A stretch of DNA of 64,000 nt from Pocillopora damicornis. Lineage: Eukaryota. The translations under genes were made by a program, and so were the position numbers. Shown here piece by piece: positions 1-13,128 of the stretch; the stretch's first letter is position 1, and each line of letters opens with the position of its first letter. The notes under the pieces are model-generated. The model did no database searches. It was not told the origin of the DNA and was given only the letters and a program-made list of their open reading frames with translations. The stretch lies in the NCBI RefSeq assembly GCF_003704095.1, contig NW_020844818.1, positions 496,001-560,000 on the forward strand. Reading direction: 5' to 3'.

Positions 1-450
1 TTTAGCTGAAATTCATGATTGCATCATTTCATGGACAATACTGGGTTGAGGGATGGAGGTAACAGAGGGAAGGACTAATTGGTGAGAGCCCTTTTCAGGG
101 GCATGGCCAGGACTTTTCACCAGAATATTGTAGGTTGTTTGCATAACTCTTTAACTCCCAGATCGTTTAAGTAATTCACCTCACTGTCAGCAATACAATT
201 CTTGTATTGACATTGTGAGGAGAAATTCTGTCTTGGTCACTCATGGGAATAAATGGATAAAAAAGGCTTACAAAGGAAAGGGGGGGGGGGGGTTCATGGG
301 AACCCCAGTACCCTTCCCTAAAACTCTTGCCTTCAGGTCAAGGTATCAGTAGGTGTTTGGCATAGCAAAGAAGCTACAAAAGGGTACAGTACATGTACAT
401 CAATGCTTTAAAACAAAAGGATCTACATTACTCATAACTTCAAACTGCAG

Positions 451-692
451 CAGCCCGCCATGTTTTTGTTGCTAGTGTAGGAGACAAGGAGCAAGGAGTT
501 GTTCTTAAAATTGACTCTGGGGATACCAAACTACAGTCTGAGGATTACACATGTGACAGGAATGTCTTTGAAGTATTCAACATTGTTGCAAACTTTATTC
601 AAGTTTTCCCTGTCAATAGTTCCACAGCCAATTGCCTGGAAATTATGTCGGAGAGCACACCCTTGGACCCCCAAAAAGTTCCTTTTGGTTAA
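451..692 (+). CDS. Probable terminal coding exon of an unidentified gene entering from the left
   Basis: After acceptor ctgcag (450) there is an ~80-codon open frame without ATG (ARHVFVASVGDKEQGVVLKIDSGDTKLQSEDY...PLDPQKVPFG*), TAA at 690-692 and AATAAA near 836. No family recognised. Confidence 0.45.
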
Positions 693-1212
693 AGGAGTCT
701 TGTAGACATGCACAATCACCAGAGAAAAATTAATATGTGTCGGGATGCAAAAGAAAAATTAATTACTTGTAACTCAAATTTTGCAACCTACTGATCTTTA
801 AATGAACATAATGAAAAAGACAATCAAAATAGTTCAATAAAACATAACATTGCAATGGTATGGCCAAATTTGCATGTGTTTGGTAGAAGTCTTAAAATAC
901 ATGTACTTCAGAGTAACCAACTGCTGTGCTACTGAAATTACTGAAGTCACCACAGGGTACCCAAGCATCTTCCACATGGTGACAACAACTGTTGCTTCAA
1001 ATAAATAATTAACAGTACCTTATTGTTTTCATTTTTCATTGAAAGCTATTATTTTGCAGTCTGTAACTTTTGACTCCTGAGAGTTTTTAAAACTGCCTGA
1101 CTTGCTTTAAACTTTGAGGTAATCATCTCTACTTGTGATAAGTCTTACACAGGCATGTTGAAATCACATCTGGGTGCTATATCTGTAGTTATCACACCAG
1201 TGAATAACATTA

Positions 1213-4200
1213 TTATCTCTGGCCTACTTCTGGTGTCTTGTAAACTGGTGCATCTGATTTGGGTAATGGAGGATTTCCCAGGATGATGTCAGCTGCCTTC
1301 TCTGCAACCATAACAGTTGGTCCATTGAGATTTCCACTAACAATACTTGGCATGATTGATGCATCAACAACTCTCAAATTCTCCACTCCAAACACCTCTG
1401 TTTTGTTGTTGACAACGGCCATTGGGTCATCTTCAGAGCCCATTTTGCAGGTGCATGATGGGTGATAAGCAGTGTCAGCATTCTGTCGTACCCAAGCATC
1501 AATTTCTTCATCAGTTTGGACATTGTCACCTTAAGGGTTAAAATTAAAATATTATTTGTTGCAGAGCATGTTCAATTTGTATCCTATGTTCTATGTACAA
1601 TGATATATAACAGAAAATAATTTGTTTCCTCTATTGATAGATGTTTAAATTTTTTTGTACTGTACCTGGCTGTAGTTCTTTTCCACGAAATGGATCAAAA
1701 GCTTTTTGGCTAAATACCTCACGCGTAAGTTTAATACTATCTCTTAACTCCACTCTATCCTCTTCAGTAGACAGGTAGTTGGGTTGGATGATTGGATGGT
1801 CATAGGGACTGGTTGACTTGATCTTCACATACCCACGACTTGTTGCCCTCATGGAGCCAACATGGACCTTAAAAAGAACAAATACATTTTACAACTTGTG
1901 TCATGCGAAATATAGAAACATGAAGGAAATGTTTAAAATTGAACATAAAAAGGAACATACACTACACATGGTGGCAGACTTTCATCTGTCACTTACTTGA
2001 AAAGCTTCTTTTTCTACTGTCACTCTACCATGATCTTTAAATGCAGAGGGTAGAAAGTGGTACTGGATATTTGGATGTGACATTCCCTCCCTGCTGCGAA
2101 TGAAGCCACCAGCCTCTAGATGTGCAGTGGCACATGGTCCTGTCCGAGTGAGGAACCATCTGACACCTATTGGAACCATGTTCCACCATTTGAGAGAGCG
2201 GTACAAACTTAAAGGTTGTGTACATTCCTGAAACAAGATTACAGAAGAGAAGCAAAATCTATATAAGGTTACTAGACAAAGCTTCCTCCTCATGGTGTCA
2301 CTGGATGTCTGAGAGCTGTAAGTTTTTCCAAAACTCTGGGGTGCCCAGCTCTTCTAAACTTCCATTAAAGAAAATTTCAACAATTTGCTAAAAGAAAAAG
2401 TAAGTTGCTAGACTTCTGCTAGAGCCTAAGAGAGGCTTGGTGCTCATTAAAATTTTGGATCAATATCAGTATCTGGGCAACTGCCCACCTACCCCTCCCT
2501 TAAGTTGTTGTCAATTGACTGTTGTTGGGTTAGGGGAGGGGTAGGTGGGTAGTTGCCCAGATACTGATATTGATCCAAAATTTTCTTCCTAGAGGCTGAG
2601 GTGAGCACTTGATTGAATGAATGCACTATGTCATCACCAATTGTTCCTCACCACCTCACGGTCAACTTTCTACATGTAGGATAGGTGGAGAATAATTTAC
2701 AAACCTGGTGGAAATACATCTCCAAATGATCTTGAAAGTTTTGCCCTACACCAGGAAGGTGAACATTCACAGGAATACCAAGCTTTTTTAAATCATCTGC
2801 ATTTCCTATACCTGACAGATTTAGGATCTGAGGTGTATTAATTGCACCAGAGGTTAAGATAACTCCCTTTCTGGCCTGGGCACATTTCACATGACTGCCC
2901 TGGTGGTAGACAACACCTGATGCACGATTCTTTTCAAATACTAATCTAGTTATCAGTGTTCTTGTCTCTGTGCGAAGGTTTTTACGCCTCAGTGCAGGCC
3001 TCAAGTAGGCATTCGCTGTATTCCACCGGAATCCTTTATGAATTGTCATGTCCATCCATCCAAACCCTTCCTGTTGGTAGCCATTCATGTCATCTGTGAA
3101 GGGATAGCCAGCTTCAACACCTGCATCGATAAATGCTTGGTACAAAGGGTTGTTTGATTTACCACGGGATACATGAAGAGGTCCACCACCCCCCCTGTAA
3201 TCATCTGAACCTAAAAAAGAAAATGCAAGTATTGTTTGCTTGTCAACAGTATGACCTCTGCAACAGCTTCGCATAGTATCAAATTCAACAAGAAACATGT
3301 CTCTTGTAGACGACTTAAAAGCCTTTTGAAAATTTTAACACCATACATGTATTTCCTTGAAAGTTCCCTAGTGCTTTTTTAAAATTTTGGCCTACAGGAA
3401 GAGCACTCAGTGGAAGGAGGGTGCTCAACCAAGTGGGGTGCTTATTAGGAAACTATTAACCTGTACTGATCCTGCTGAAGTTGAGGCTTAAAAAGTTATT
3501 TAAAAACAGGCAATAGAAAAAGGTTTTCCTTGAATCTCTACTATCTGAGAAAATAAGGGAGGAAATGGGGATGGCAATTAATTGAAAGGGGCTCCTCTTC
3601 CATATTATAAGCTAGGGGGGGTAGGTGCTTGTTTGGAGGGCACTTATTAGAGTGTGGACATCCCAGTATAAGTAAACTCTATGTGAAAAGGACTTTTTAC
3701 ACATTCCCATTTCTTCTGTGTCAGGTCAATCTTTAGCGCTACAACATAGGGATTTGACATTGATATGTAAATAGCAATTCTCTCTTAGTTGCTCCTAGGA
3801 GTAAAAGGGCTAACAATTCCTTATTATAGAATTGTGGACTTTTGTTAGCTTACCTAGTTCATGAGTCTGAGATTTCCTGAAGTATGGCAAACAATCTGCA
3901 TATGACCATCCTTCTGCACCTTCCTTCTCCCAGCGATCATAATCATAAGCATGGCCTCTGATGTACACCATTGCATTAAGGGATGAGGATCCACCCCATA
4001 CCCTCCCTCTGGGTTGATAGATCCGCCTGTATGGGTAACAGGGTAACCAATTTCACAAAATTTTACACAACAGATACACATATTTTAGAAAAAAAGAAAA
4101 TTTAAATACCAATTTACCTATTATCCATAAACTCTTGAGGTTCTGTTTCATAATACCAATTATATCTATTGTCGCAAAGATTATAAATAAGAGCAGCTGG

Positions 4201-5190
4201 CATGTGGATCTTCCACGTCCAATCTTTTGGTCCGGCTTCAAGAAGAAGAACTTTGTTTTCACCACTAGCTGATAGACGATTGGCAAGAACGCAACCAGCC
4301 GATCCAGCTCCACAAATAACGTAGTCATGAGATGAGGAATATCTTGTGATACCAGTCCCAGTTAGGAAACATTTTTGCTGTACCATTGGTCTATGGACTT
4401 AAGGATAAAATAATGAAAACCATACATTGAGATAAGTCAAAGATACCCATGATAATTATCAATATCTACTTAACCATTTCACTTCCAAGATCCAATTCCC
4501 TATATATTGCTTATAGTTGTGGTTTTGAGAATTTAATGTTAATAAAGCAATATCCCTGTGCTGATATTTTCTAGCTTTTTGTTGCCTTACTGTTTACAAA
4601 TGTATGGATATCAAGGAGAAATTCCTTGTTGGTCATTCCTGGGTGTAAACAAGTTGAGAAATAGATTCCATGTTGCTGTACACAGATGATGGCAAAATGT
4701 GGTGAGAACAAAAAAGTGGTGCACAAGTCCACTTCCGTTATCATTATGGAAGAGATGTATACAGAATAGAATCAAAATGTTATCAAAAAGGAAAATGTTT
4801 TCAATGGTGACTTCAATGATGTATGCAGCTGTCATCCAAAAGATGACTTATCAAACTGGGTGTATAATTCAGTGCATTATATAATGCAGCCGTTACTCTG
4901 TAGACATCACCTGTAGTAGTGTAATGTGACAGCAATCAACATCTTCACCCATAACATTGCATGAGCTGAGCCCTAACAACTGTTACAGGTTATGATCCTT
5001 ATTGACAGCCTTGCATATTGCTTAATAAATCAATGTCCATCAGTAGGAGTTGTGAATGGTCACAGTGGCAATAAAATATGGGAACAAAATTAAAGAGCAA
5101 GTTAATATTCAGACACATACCTTTTATGAAATGAAATGAAGGTGCAAGGTTTCTATAGAAACATCTTTTAAGCATCAAGAAAGACGCCAT
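1213..5190 (-). CDS. CHDH: Choline dehydrogenase, mitochondrial (GMC oxidoreductase), canonical copy
   Basis: Exons 5190-5121, 4397-4118, 4026-3854, 3210-2705, 2227-1997, 1867-1666, 1529-1213, all GT-AG and in phase. Basic N-terminal presequence [16 protein letters not shown] motif [55 protein letters not shown]. Confidence 0.93.
2451..2582. mobile_element. Palindromic hairpin MITE in a CHDH intron
   Basis: aattttggatcaatatcagtatctgggcaact...agttgcccagatactgatattgatccaaaatt: near-perfect inverted arms of ~50 bp. Confidence 0.85.
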
Positions 5191-7641
5191 GAAATTTGCC
5201 TTAAAAAGGAGAGATGGTAAAATAGTTTATTTCATAGATAAATTAGATACTCAGCTCTACTCAGGCATATAACTCTGAAGTACAGTAGTACATAAAAATC
5301 CTCTAAGCCTTGGCTGACTGAAATAAATATACCATATCATAAACAGAAATGAATTATGTTACATTTACCTCATTTGAGATGTAATATAATCTACCAGTTC
5401 TCTACAATAAAAAATTTTGCCCTCAAACACAAAGCAGAGAAAAATGACATGATATAATATCACCCCTAAATCACATATTAAGGCCACGAGAATAAAGAAA
5501 ATGACCACCAACTAGAGCAGCTCTTAATTTTTTTTAACAAATTCTCCTTGTCAGCACTTTAGGAAATGTATAGAGAATAGTATGGAGAATTTGGATAACG
5601 TTGTGAGGATGTGAAGGGTAAAAGGGAAACAGTGATTTCCCGGCGAATTATGCAATCCTACAAATGCATGCAAGAATCAGCTCGTGGATTCTATTTAACG
5701 TAAATATCTTAGGACGGGAGAGACTTTGAAGGCTCTTTTTCTGTTGAAAAATCGTGTTGGCACATTTAAAGTGCTCTGCTCATTCACCTTACAGTGATCG
5801 TCAAGGCTGAGTAAAACCACTGACCTACAGCTAGAGATCGCTCCCGAAAATCTCATTTGCACATGGCTTAACTACAAGAGAAGAGCGCCTTTGCCGGCGT
5901 GATTTTTAAAAATTGCTAAGGTATTTTTATATCCAGACGGATATTTACCTGAATTTGCAGCCAGACGGTATAAAAACGTAAAATCAATCGGTAATTAACC
6001 CAGAGACGAACTATACAGCGGTAGGCGTTCGGAGCTGCGCCCGCTAAAGACTAGAACTTAATAAGGTTGAAAGACTGGTAACGACTTCCACTTTGATTTG
6101 AGATAAAATAAAAGTTTACGGTCATGGTACGACACAACATGATTGCATTTTAGAATACTAATATTTACCACTAGAATAAAGTTCTTGATGAAGTATTCTT
6201 CAGTAGTGGTATCATAAAGAGAATTTATCGAGGTTGACAATAATAAACGAAATCGGTCAGCGGAGTATCACGTATGTAAAATGTGTTCGTATATAAAGAA
6301 GGAAAAAATCCAGATCTATAAAATGTTGACTTTATTGAGTGTTCAGACTTCAGCGAGTTTTTTTTACATAGTTGAACTTTTCTTAGTGCGCCATTATCCA
6401 TCGGAGGTGGAGATTTTCGGTGACAGCAATGACCTTACAGGCCCTCCATTCGACAAGCTGTCAATTACGTAGCCGCGAAACGTGTGCCGGACATATTCCA
6501 TACACCCGGCAGATGTCGTCAGTTATAAATCAAAGTAATTTCGAGATGAAAAAGGTTTTTTCGATCGTTGATCATGCTGAGTATCGTGACTGGAAATTTC
6601 AAAAACCGCTGGCACAGGAGGCGGCTCCCACCCCCTCCCGTTCCTAAAGACTCGTACCGCACCTCCTCCTCGTCAGTTTATTTTTCTCCCAGCAGCTTTT
6701 AACATTTTCGGTTTGTGACTGCAACAGGTGCGGAGATCGGGTACAATTTGAGCTAACCGAGGTTAGTATTCTCTGTTTGCCCTCTACCTTCTTCCATTGA
6801 AACGATGACCAGATCCGCCAGGCGAAAAGATGTGATTACGGCGATATTAATCATTTCTACCATCTCCTAATTTGAGAAATGCAAATATTTCATAATACTC
6901 GTAGCAAACTCGGCCTTTGGTCAGGGCCTTTGGTCAGGGTGCATTGGCACGATTCAGTCCTCCTGCCTCGTATCTAGTCTCATGGTGTTCCCAATGTGCT
7001 AAAACTTCCGCTGTTTGATGGTGAACTGTACAGATCTGATTCAGGAGGTTGCGTGACATTACGACGCAGACCTGAAGCCCATATTTTCATAGGGATCGAT
7101 ATTGAACAATTCTAATACAGAAGACACAGTGTGAGTTTGAAAGAGATTTCCGGGTTTTACATCAGATTTGTATCAGACACACTCAGAAAAAGTACAAATA
7201 AGAATCTTCTCCAAACGTGGAAACGCTTTTAAAGAAGCTTCCACCAGCAACATCAATATCGGTCAGCAGATAGAGTGGCTAGAGGAAGCGAAGAGTTTCA
7301 CCTCCCTTAACACAGCATGATTCACTCCGGCGGCCCTTTGCCTGTACTTCTTTAGCTCTCTTAGGATAACAGATATGTTTTCATCATGTTCAGGATATTA
7401 TATACTCAAAAAATTTACATAAGCTTCTGCCCATACGATGTATACAAATCATATTGCGTTACGCGAAAAAATGACCCTGTAATGTAATTGTTACGTGACT
7501 TTTGCCTACATAAAACCTGGATAAGCAACGCCGAAAACTTCCTTGTAAGACAAAATATAATCTATCAATTTGGCATTTCTTTGTATATTTTGCATTCCTT
7601 TTCAGATGAGGCAATGAGATATACTTGTGTGTTCTACCACG

Positions 7642-10600
7642 ATGGCTTCTTGGGCGAAGGTCAAAACACTGTTTTTCACGAGGCCATTTCTCATACTCTG
7701 TAAGACGAATCATAAGCCTCAACAATCTTTGCAGTTGATTTTTGTAATATTGTGCTTATCTCGAAGCAATCAAGCTTAATTCAAGTAACCTTACTCATTT
7801 TTGGTTATTTTCAGTCGAACACGTTAGCTTCCAGCGACGATGTTTTCAGTCCACTGTAAAGTTTTCTTCATCTTACGACTATGTCATCTGTGGAGCTGGA
7901 TCTGCAGGGTGTGTCCTTACCGATCGTCTGTCGGCCAGTGGTGAAAACAGAGTTCTAATTCTTGAGGCAGGACCAAAAGATTGGACATGGAAGATCCACA
8001 TACCAGCTGCTGTCAAGTATAATCTTTGGAATGACAAATACAACTGGTATTACGAAACGGAACCACAAGAGTTTACGAATAACAGGTAATACAGTTTTGG
8101 AGTGTTTTAAGCACCAAGCTTAGTCAAACATAAAACTATTGAAGGACAATAACAAAGATAAGTCATAAGCTGGTGTTCGTAAACTTCCCCCCCTCCACCT
8201 GTGCCGTCAAAAAAAGTGATATAAAATCATAAAACAATAAAGCAAGTCCCTGCCTCAAACAACTAACACGCTACAGGTATAGAGCCCCATACTGGAAAAT
8301 CACTCCCACCTTCCTGCAAATTGCTGCCCAATGAAACAAAATTTAGAAAAATAAAAGGATATTTTGCTTGCTCGTTGTCCACCAGCATTTGAGATTGAAG
8401 TAGTCGAAACGAAGTTTCAAGGTTTTATGTTTCACTCATAAGATACCAATTTCCTTCCATACAGGCGGATCTATCAACCCAGGGGGAGGGTATGGGGCGG
8501 ATCTTCGTCTCTAAATGCAATGGTGTACATCAGAGGTCATGCGTATGATTATGATCGCTGGGAGAAGGAAGGTGCAGAAGGATGGTCATATGCAGATTGT
8601 TTGCCATACTTCAGGAAATCTCAGACCCATGAACTGGGTAGGTGTTCACTTCATTTTTCGACTTCCACTGTATATTTTTATTCTTGGAGCGCCACATCCC
8701 TTTTATCCTGGTAGCGCGCGTCATGACCAACCGTAAAGACCTAACATCGGACAAACAGGGATTAAAAGTCTCTATTTTCTAAGTCTCAGTAAGGCACCAC
8801 AGACGTTTCCTTATTGAAGCTGGGATACTGCGATATTCTCGTTTTCTTTAGATGATGATTTGCAAAAGCTTCGTATTCCTGTGATGACTCGTCCTTCCGG
8901 TTTCGTTTGCAATCTTGAAGATCTTTTGCGCAATTTTTTTTATAGTCTTGTCGCGAGAGATAAAAGCATTCTAGGCGATGTAAAACCTATTCCGTGAGGG
9001 ACAAAAGTTCTTTATTTACTAACACCGTTACCTGATACCCCTAATAGGTAAAGGAGGTTGTTGTTACGCATGCTGCTGTTGTTTTTGTTTCAGAGGTCAT
9101 GTAATGGACAAGTTAACAATTTGATCATTCTTGCTTGTAGGCCCAGATGATTACCGAGGAGGCGATGGACCGCTCCATGTATCCTGTGGTAAGTCAAACG
9201 GTAACCCTTTATACCAAGCATTTATTGATGCTGGTGTCCAAGCTGGTTATCCCTTCACAGATGACATGAATGGCTACCAACAGGAAGGGTTTGGTTGGAT
9301 GGACAAGACGATCCATAAGGGAGTACGATGGAATACAGCAAATGCCTACCTCAGACCTGCACATAAGCGCAAGAATCTTCAAACACAAACAAGGGCCTTG
9401 ACCTTGAGAATTTTGTTTGAGAACCACCGTGCTGTAGGAGTGGAGTATCAGTTGGGCAATGAAATAAAACGTGCTGGGGCCAGAAAGGGAGTTATCATAG
9501 CTGCTGGAGCCATTAACACACCACAGTTACTGAATTTGTCAGGCATTGGGAACGCAGTTGATTTGGAAAAGCTTGGTATTCCTGTGAAGGTTCATCTTCC
9601 CGGTGTTGGTTACAATCTTCAGGATCATATGTCTGTGGCTTTTATGCAGGTATGTAGTATTTATCAAGGTATTCCGGAGAGTGCTATGCAATCTTAAGTT
9701 ATCACACCACTGCTCTCTTGTTTCAGGAGTGTACTCAGCCCCTGACGCTTTACCGTACTCTGAAGTGGTGGAACATGATTCCAGTAGGAGTGAAATGGTT
9801 CCTCACAAGGACTGGACCATGTGCAACAGCACACAAGGAGGCAGGTGGCTTTATTCGCAGCAAGGAGGACATATCGCATCCTGACATCCAGTTTCAGTTT
9901 GTGCCTCTGGGGTACAAAGATGACGGTAAAGTGATATTCCAGAGGGATGCCTTCATGGTGGGTGGAAGATAAGCTCTTAGGATATCATGTAAATTTTCAG
10001 GCGTATTTCCTATAACCCTTTAAATCCTAAGGGTGACTGGCTTTCACATGATTTCTCCTAACGTAAAAGGAAATGATCATTAATTCCAGTAATTCCAGAA
10101 GTTTATGATTGTCAAACAAATTCTCCTTGTCAACGCCCTAGGAAATATATAGAGAATAGTATGGAGAATATAGATACTGATGTAATGGTGTAAAGGGTTA
10201 AGCTGTTGTGTTGTGTTTTTGTCTATTTAACGTTTTGTCCATACTTAAGAGGAACTAACACAAGACTTTCGTGGCTGGCCACAAAACTTGGTTTTCTTTT
10301 GTTCATACTGAATATTAAACCAAGTAGAATTTATCCTTTCTTCATATTTATCTGGCTATGAGTAAAAAAACTTTCTCTTGGAGAAAATCTTGAGAAGAAG
10401 GAAATTACTTTGTCAGTGTTGCTACACTTCCTGATTTTCCGCCAATTTCAGTGCGGCACTATAATACATGGTAGTCTTTTTAAAAAATAATAGTTATGAA
10501 AACGTTCTGAACGCTTCTGTTGATCACGTTGTTTTATTTCCTTACGAGATTCACGTTGGCACCTTACGTGCTACAAGTCGTGGATATGTAAGACTGAAGT

Positions 10601-11403
10601 CCACAAATCCATGTGATCATCCCAGTATCAACCCGCGATATCTGTCCACTGAAGAAGATCGGGTGGAGCTAAGAGATGCTGTTAGACTTACCAGAGAAAT
10701 AATCAGCCAACGGTCTTTGAAGCCATTTTGTAGGAGGGAGTTAGAACCAGGTACTTACAGTGAAAAGATATGATAGGTATAAAATGCTTTGTTTTAGCAG
10801 ATATCTCAGCAGGTTTTAGGGTCTTACTTTCCATGAGAATTAACTAAAAAAATAAAAGAAGCAGACCACTACCACATCAAGGCACCTTTTAGACCACTTG
10901 CTCACTAGGCGATCCATGTGTGCATCCTTCGGTTTGTTACACTTTTGATTCCCTATTCCTTCTATAGACATTCTCCTTTGATCTCCTGTGACTGGCTGCT
11001 TGAAGTTTGTTCTTAATAAAAGTTTGTTTGTTGAGGTGTCTCGCACTTGTTGGTGTGAAATGCTAAATTACAGTATGTTTGTTTGTACGCTTACAAAGGT
11101 GACCATGTTCAGACAGATGAACAAATTGACGCCTGGATACGACAGAACGCCGACACTGTATATCACCCATCATGCACCTGTAAAATGGGTTCCGAAGATG
11201 ACCCAATGGCTGTTGTCAATAATAAAACGGAGGTATTCGGTGTGGAGAACCTAAGGATTGTCGACGCATCAATCATGCCGAGTGTTGTGAGTGGAAATAT
11301 CAATGGACCAGTGATAATGATCGCGGAAAAGGCTGCAGATATAATTTTAGGAAATCCCCCTCTTCCTAAATCGAGAGCACCAGTGTATAAAAAGCCAGAA
11401 TAA
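7642..11403 (+). CDS. Choline dehydrogenase-like GMC oxidoreductase, paralogue 2
   Basis: Exons 7642-7699 ([19 protein letters not shown], gtaaga donor), 7815-8085, 8465-8637, 9141-9649, 9727-9957, 10549-10750, 11099-11403. Intron positions match copy 1 and the nucleotide sequence is very similar. Motifs [23 protein letters not shown]. Confidence 0.88.
8725..8925 (+). pseudogene. Decayed duplicate of CHDH exon 4 inside intron 3 of paralogue 2
   Basis: 8854-8922 translates [23 protein letters not shown], matching [23 protein letters not shown] / [23 protein letters not shown]. Upstream [11 protein letters not shown] resembles [11 protein letters not shown]. Confidence 0.65.
10013..10201. mobile_element. 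TTAA-flanked (piggyBac-like) MITE
   Basis: taaccctttaa...taaagggttaa termini; internal motifs (atttctcct, aaattctccttgtca, gagaatagtatggagaat) shared with more than 15 copies in the window. Confidence 0.75.
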
Positions 11404-13128
11404 AAAAAGTTTTAAAATATATGTGCTGGCTTTTTGACGTAAGAATTAAAGTAGGTATATTAGTGGATTTTTAGAACGTATAAGGATCGTGATTCCAGTC
11501 GAAACAAAGTTTGTCCAGCTGCTCCAGTACCTTATGGAAGAAAATTCTGTTTTGAAAAACACTTCGAAAAAACAATTTCGAAAAGAATGAGCTATCTACA
11601 GGTGCAATTAGTTCCTTGCTGTTTGAGGATAAATAACGAATCTATTTTAGTTGTTATGGTATTGTTAATACGATCTTTGCAGCTAACTTATGAGTCGAGC
11701 AAATTATCCTGTAAATTTTAAAACAGTGAGCACGTGAACCGTTTGTCGTTTCTGCACTCAATTCATCATTTAGAATTTGCAAGTTAATATATGGGACCGT
11801 GTCATCGTTCAAGTTTCTCACCCACTTTTTCAAAGCTTTGTTACTCTTCCTCATGAGCATCAAACGATGATATCTGGAGGAAAAATAAGATCGAAGGCAG
11901 CTCGTCCAAGTGAAGTTGTATAGCATGGAAAATAGACTTCAAAAGTGGATAGAAGTGAGCTTTTCACTGATGAATTCGAAGCTCCTGTACTCTTTCAAGA
12001 CTTCTTGAGGGACGACCTGCTACTGAGGTGGAAACGATCAGCAGAGTTGCAGCTGCGTTTTTTGGCGCGAAAATCCGATGAGTGCCGATAGATTTCGACT
12101 CTCAACCAATCAGAAACGATTACTTAGAAACCAAGTGAACACTGCTTTATCTTTCCATGATTTGTACTCCACAAAATAAATAGAACATTTATTTTTTTCT
12201 TGCTTTTGATGAACTACTTACCAGTCTATCATAAAATTGAAAGAATTGGAGAACCGGTGACAAATCAGTGAACTGTTTTTTGGACGTTTAGCGATAGAAA
12301 GACTGGAAACTAGTACCTAAAGTTTACATGTTCTTAGAGGTCCAATGAAGAGTGAAAAATGAAAGTTGCTGTATTTTCTTAAAAATAGAGTGTTTTACAT
12401 ATATTATGAACGGCAAATTCAATTTCATTTTGACTGCAATGAACCGCTGATTCACTTTCGGTGGTATGTCGTGACATCAACCCGTGACATTCTTCTGTGA
12501 TATTGGAAAATTAAAGTCGTTGACTCGACAAAATTAATACACTCCTGCAGGTGCAGGGGTTCGAGAAATCCAGGATAAAATTTCAGCTATACGTTGACAC
12601 GAGCAACAGTGATCTGGCGTTCAGATAGCGATAAATTTTGGTGCTTGACGTGCAAAACTTATTAAGGTGAGTCTGTACAAAACTTATCAGCAGGGTGAGT
12701 ATGTACAAAAAGCGAGAAAAATCGCCAGAATCACGGACCTTGCCGCAGGGTGTAGTTAGGGTCAATTGAGCCTATGTTAAAATTTAGACCTGTATCTTAC
12801 AATCTATTGATACAAGACTTGCCTTTAGTGGACGTTTGCTCAAAGTGTAAGCGAGCACTTAAGAGGTAACTGCAAAGTCTGCGGGGATAACTTAGGGATC
12901 GAGTATTGCAGTAGACCTACTCTAGATACACAACCCCCATAAACAGATACAAATTATTACATGGACTAAATAAACTTCTGCATCAACCTCTCCCCCCCTT
13001 CCCACCCTTGTTCGAAAAAAAAGAAACACAAGGCAATAAATAAGAGTATCTAGAGGTAAGTATGAAACTAATGGACCATACTAGACTATGGTTTTTAACA
13101 CTTCCTTATTTTGTTGCAGGTATTGAAC

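Noticed and set aside
11654-12060. Coding-like minus-strand stretch between CHDH2 and CHDH3
   Set aside because: Interrupted by stops and no recognisable domain; possibly a TE or pseudogene relic.
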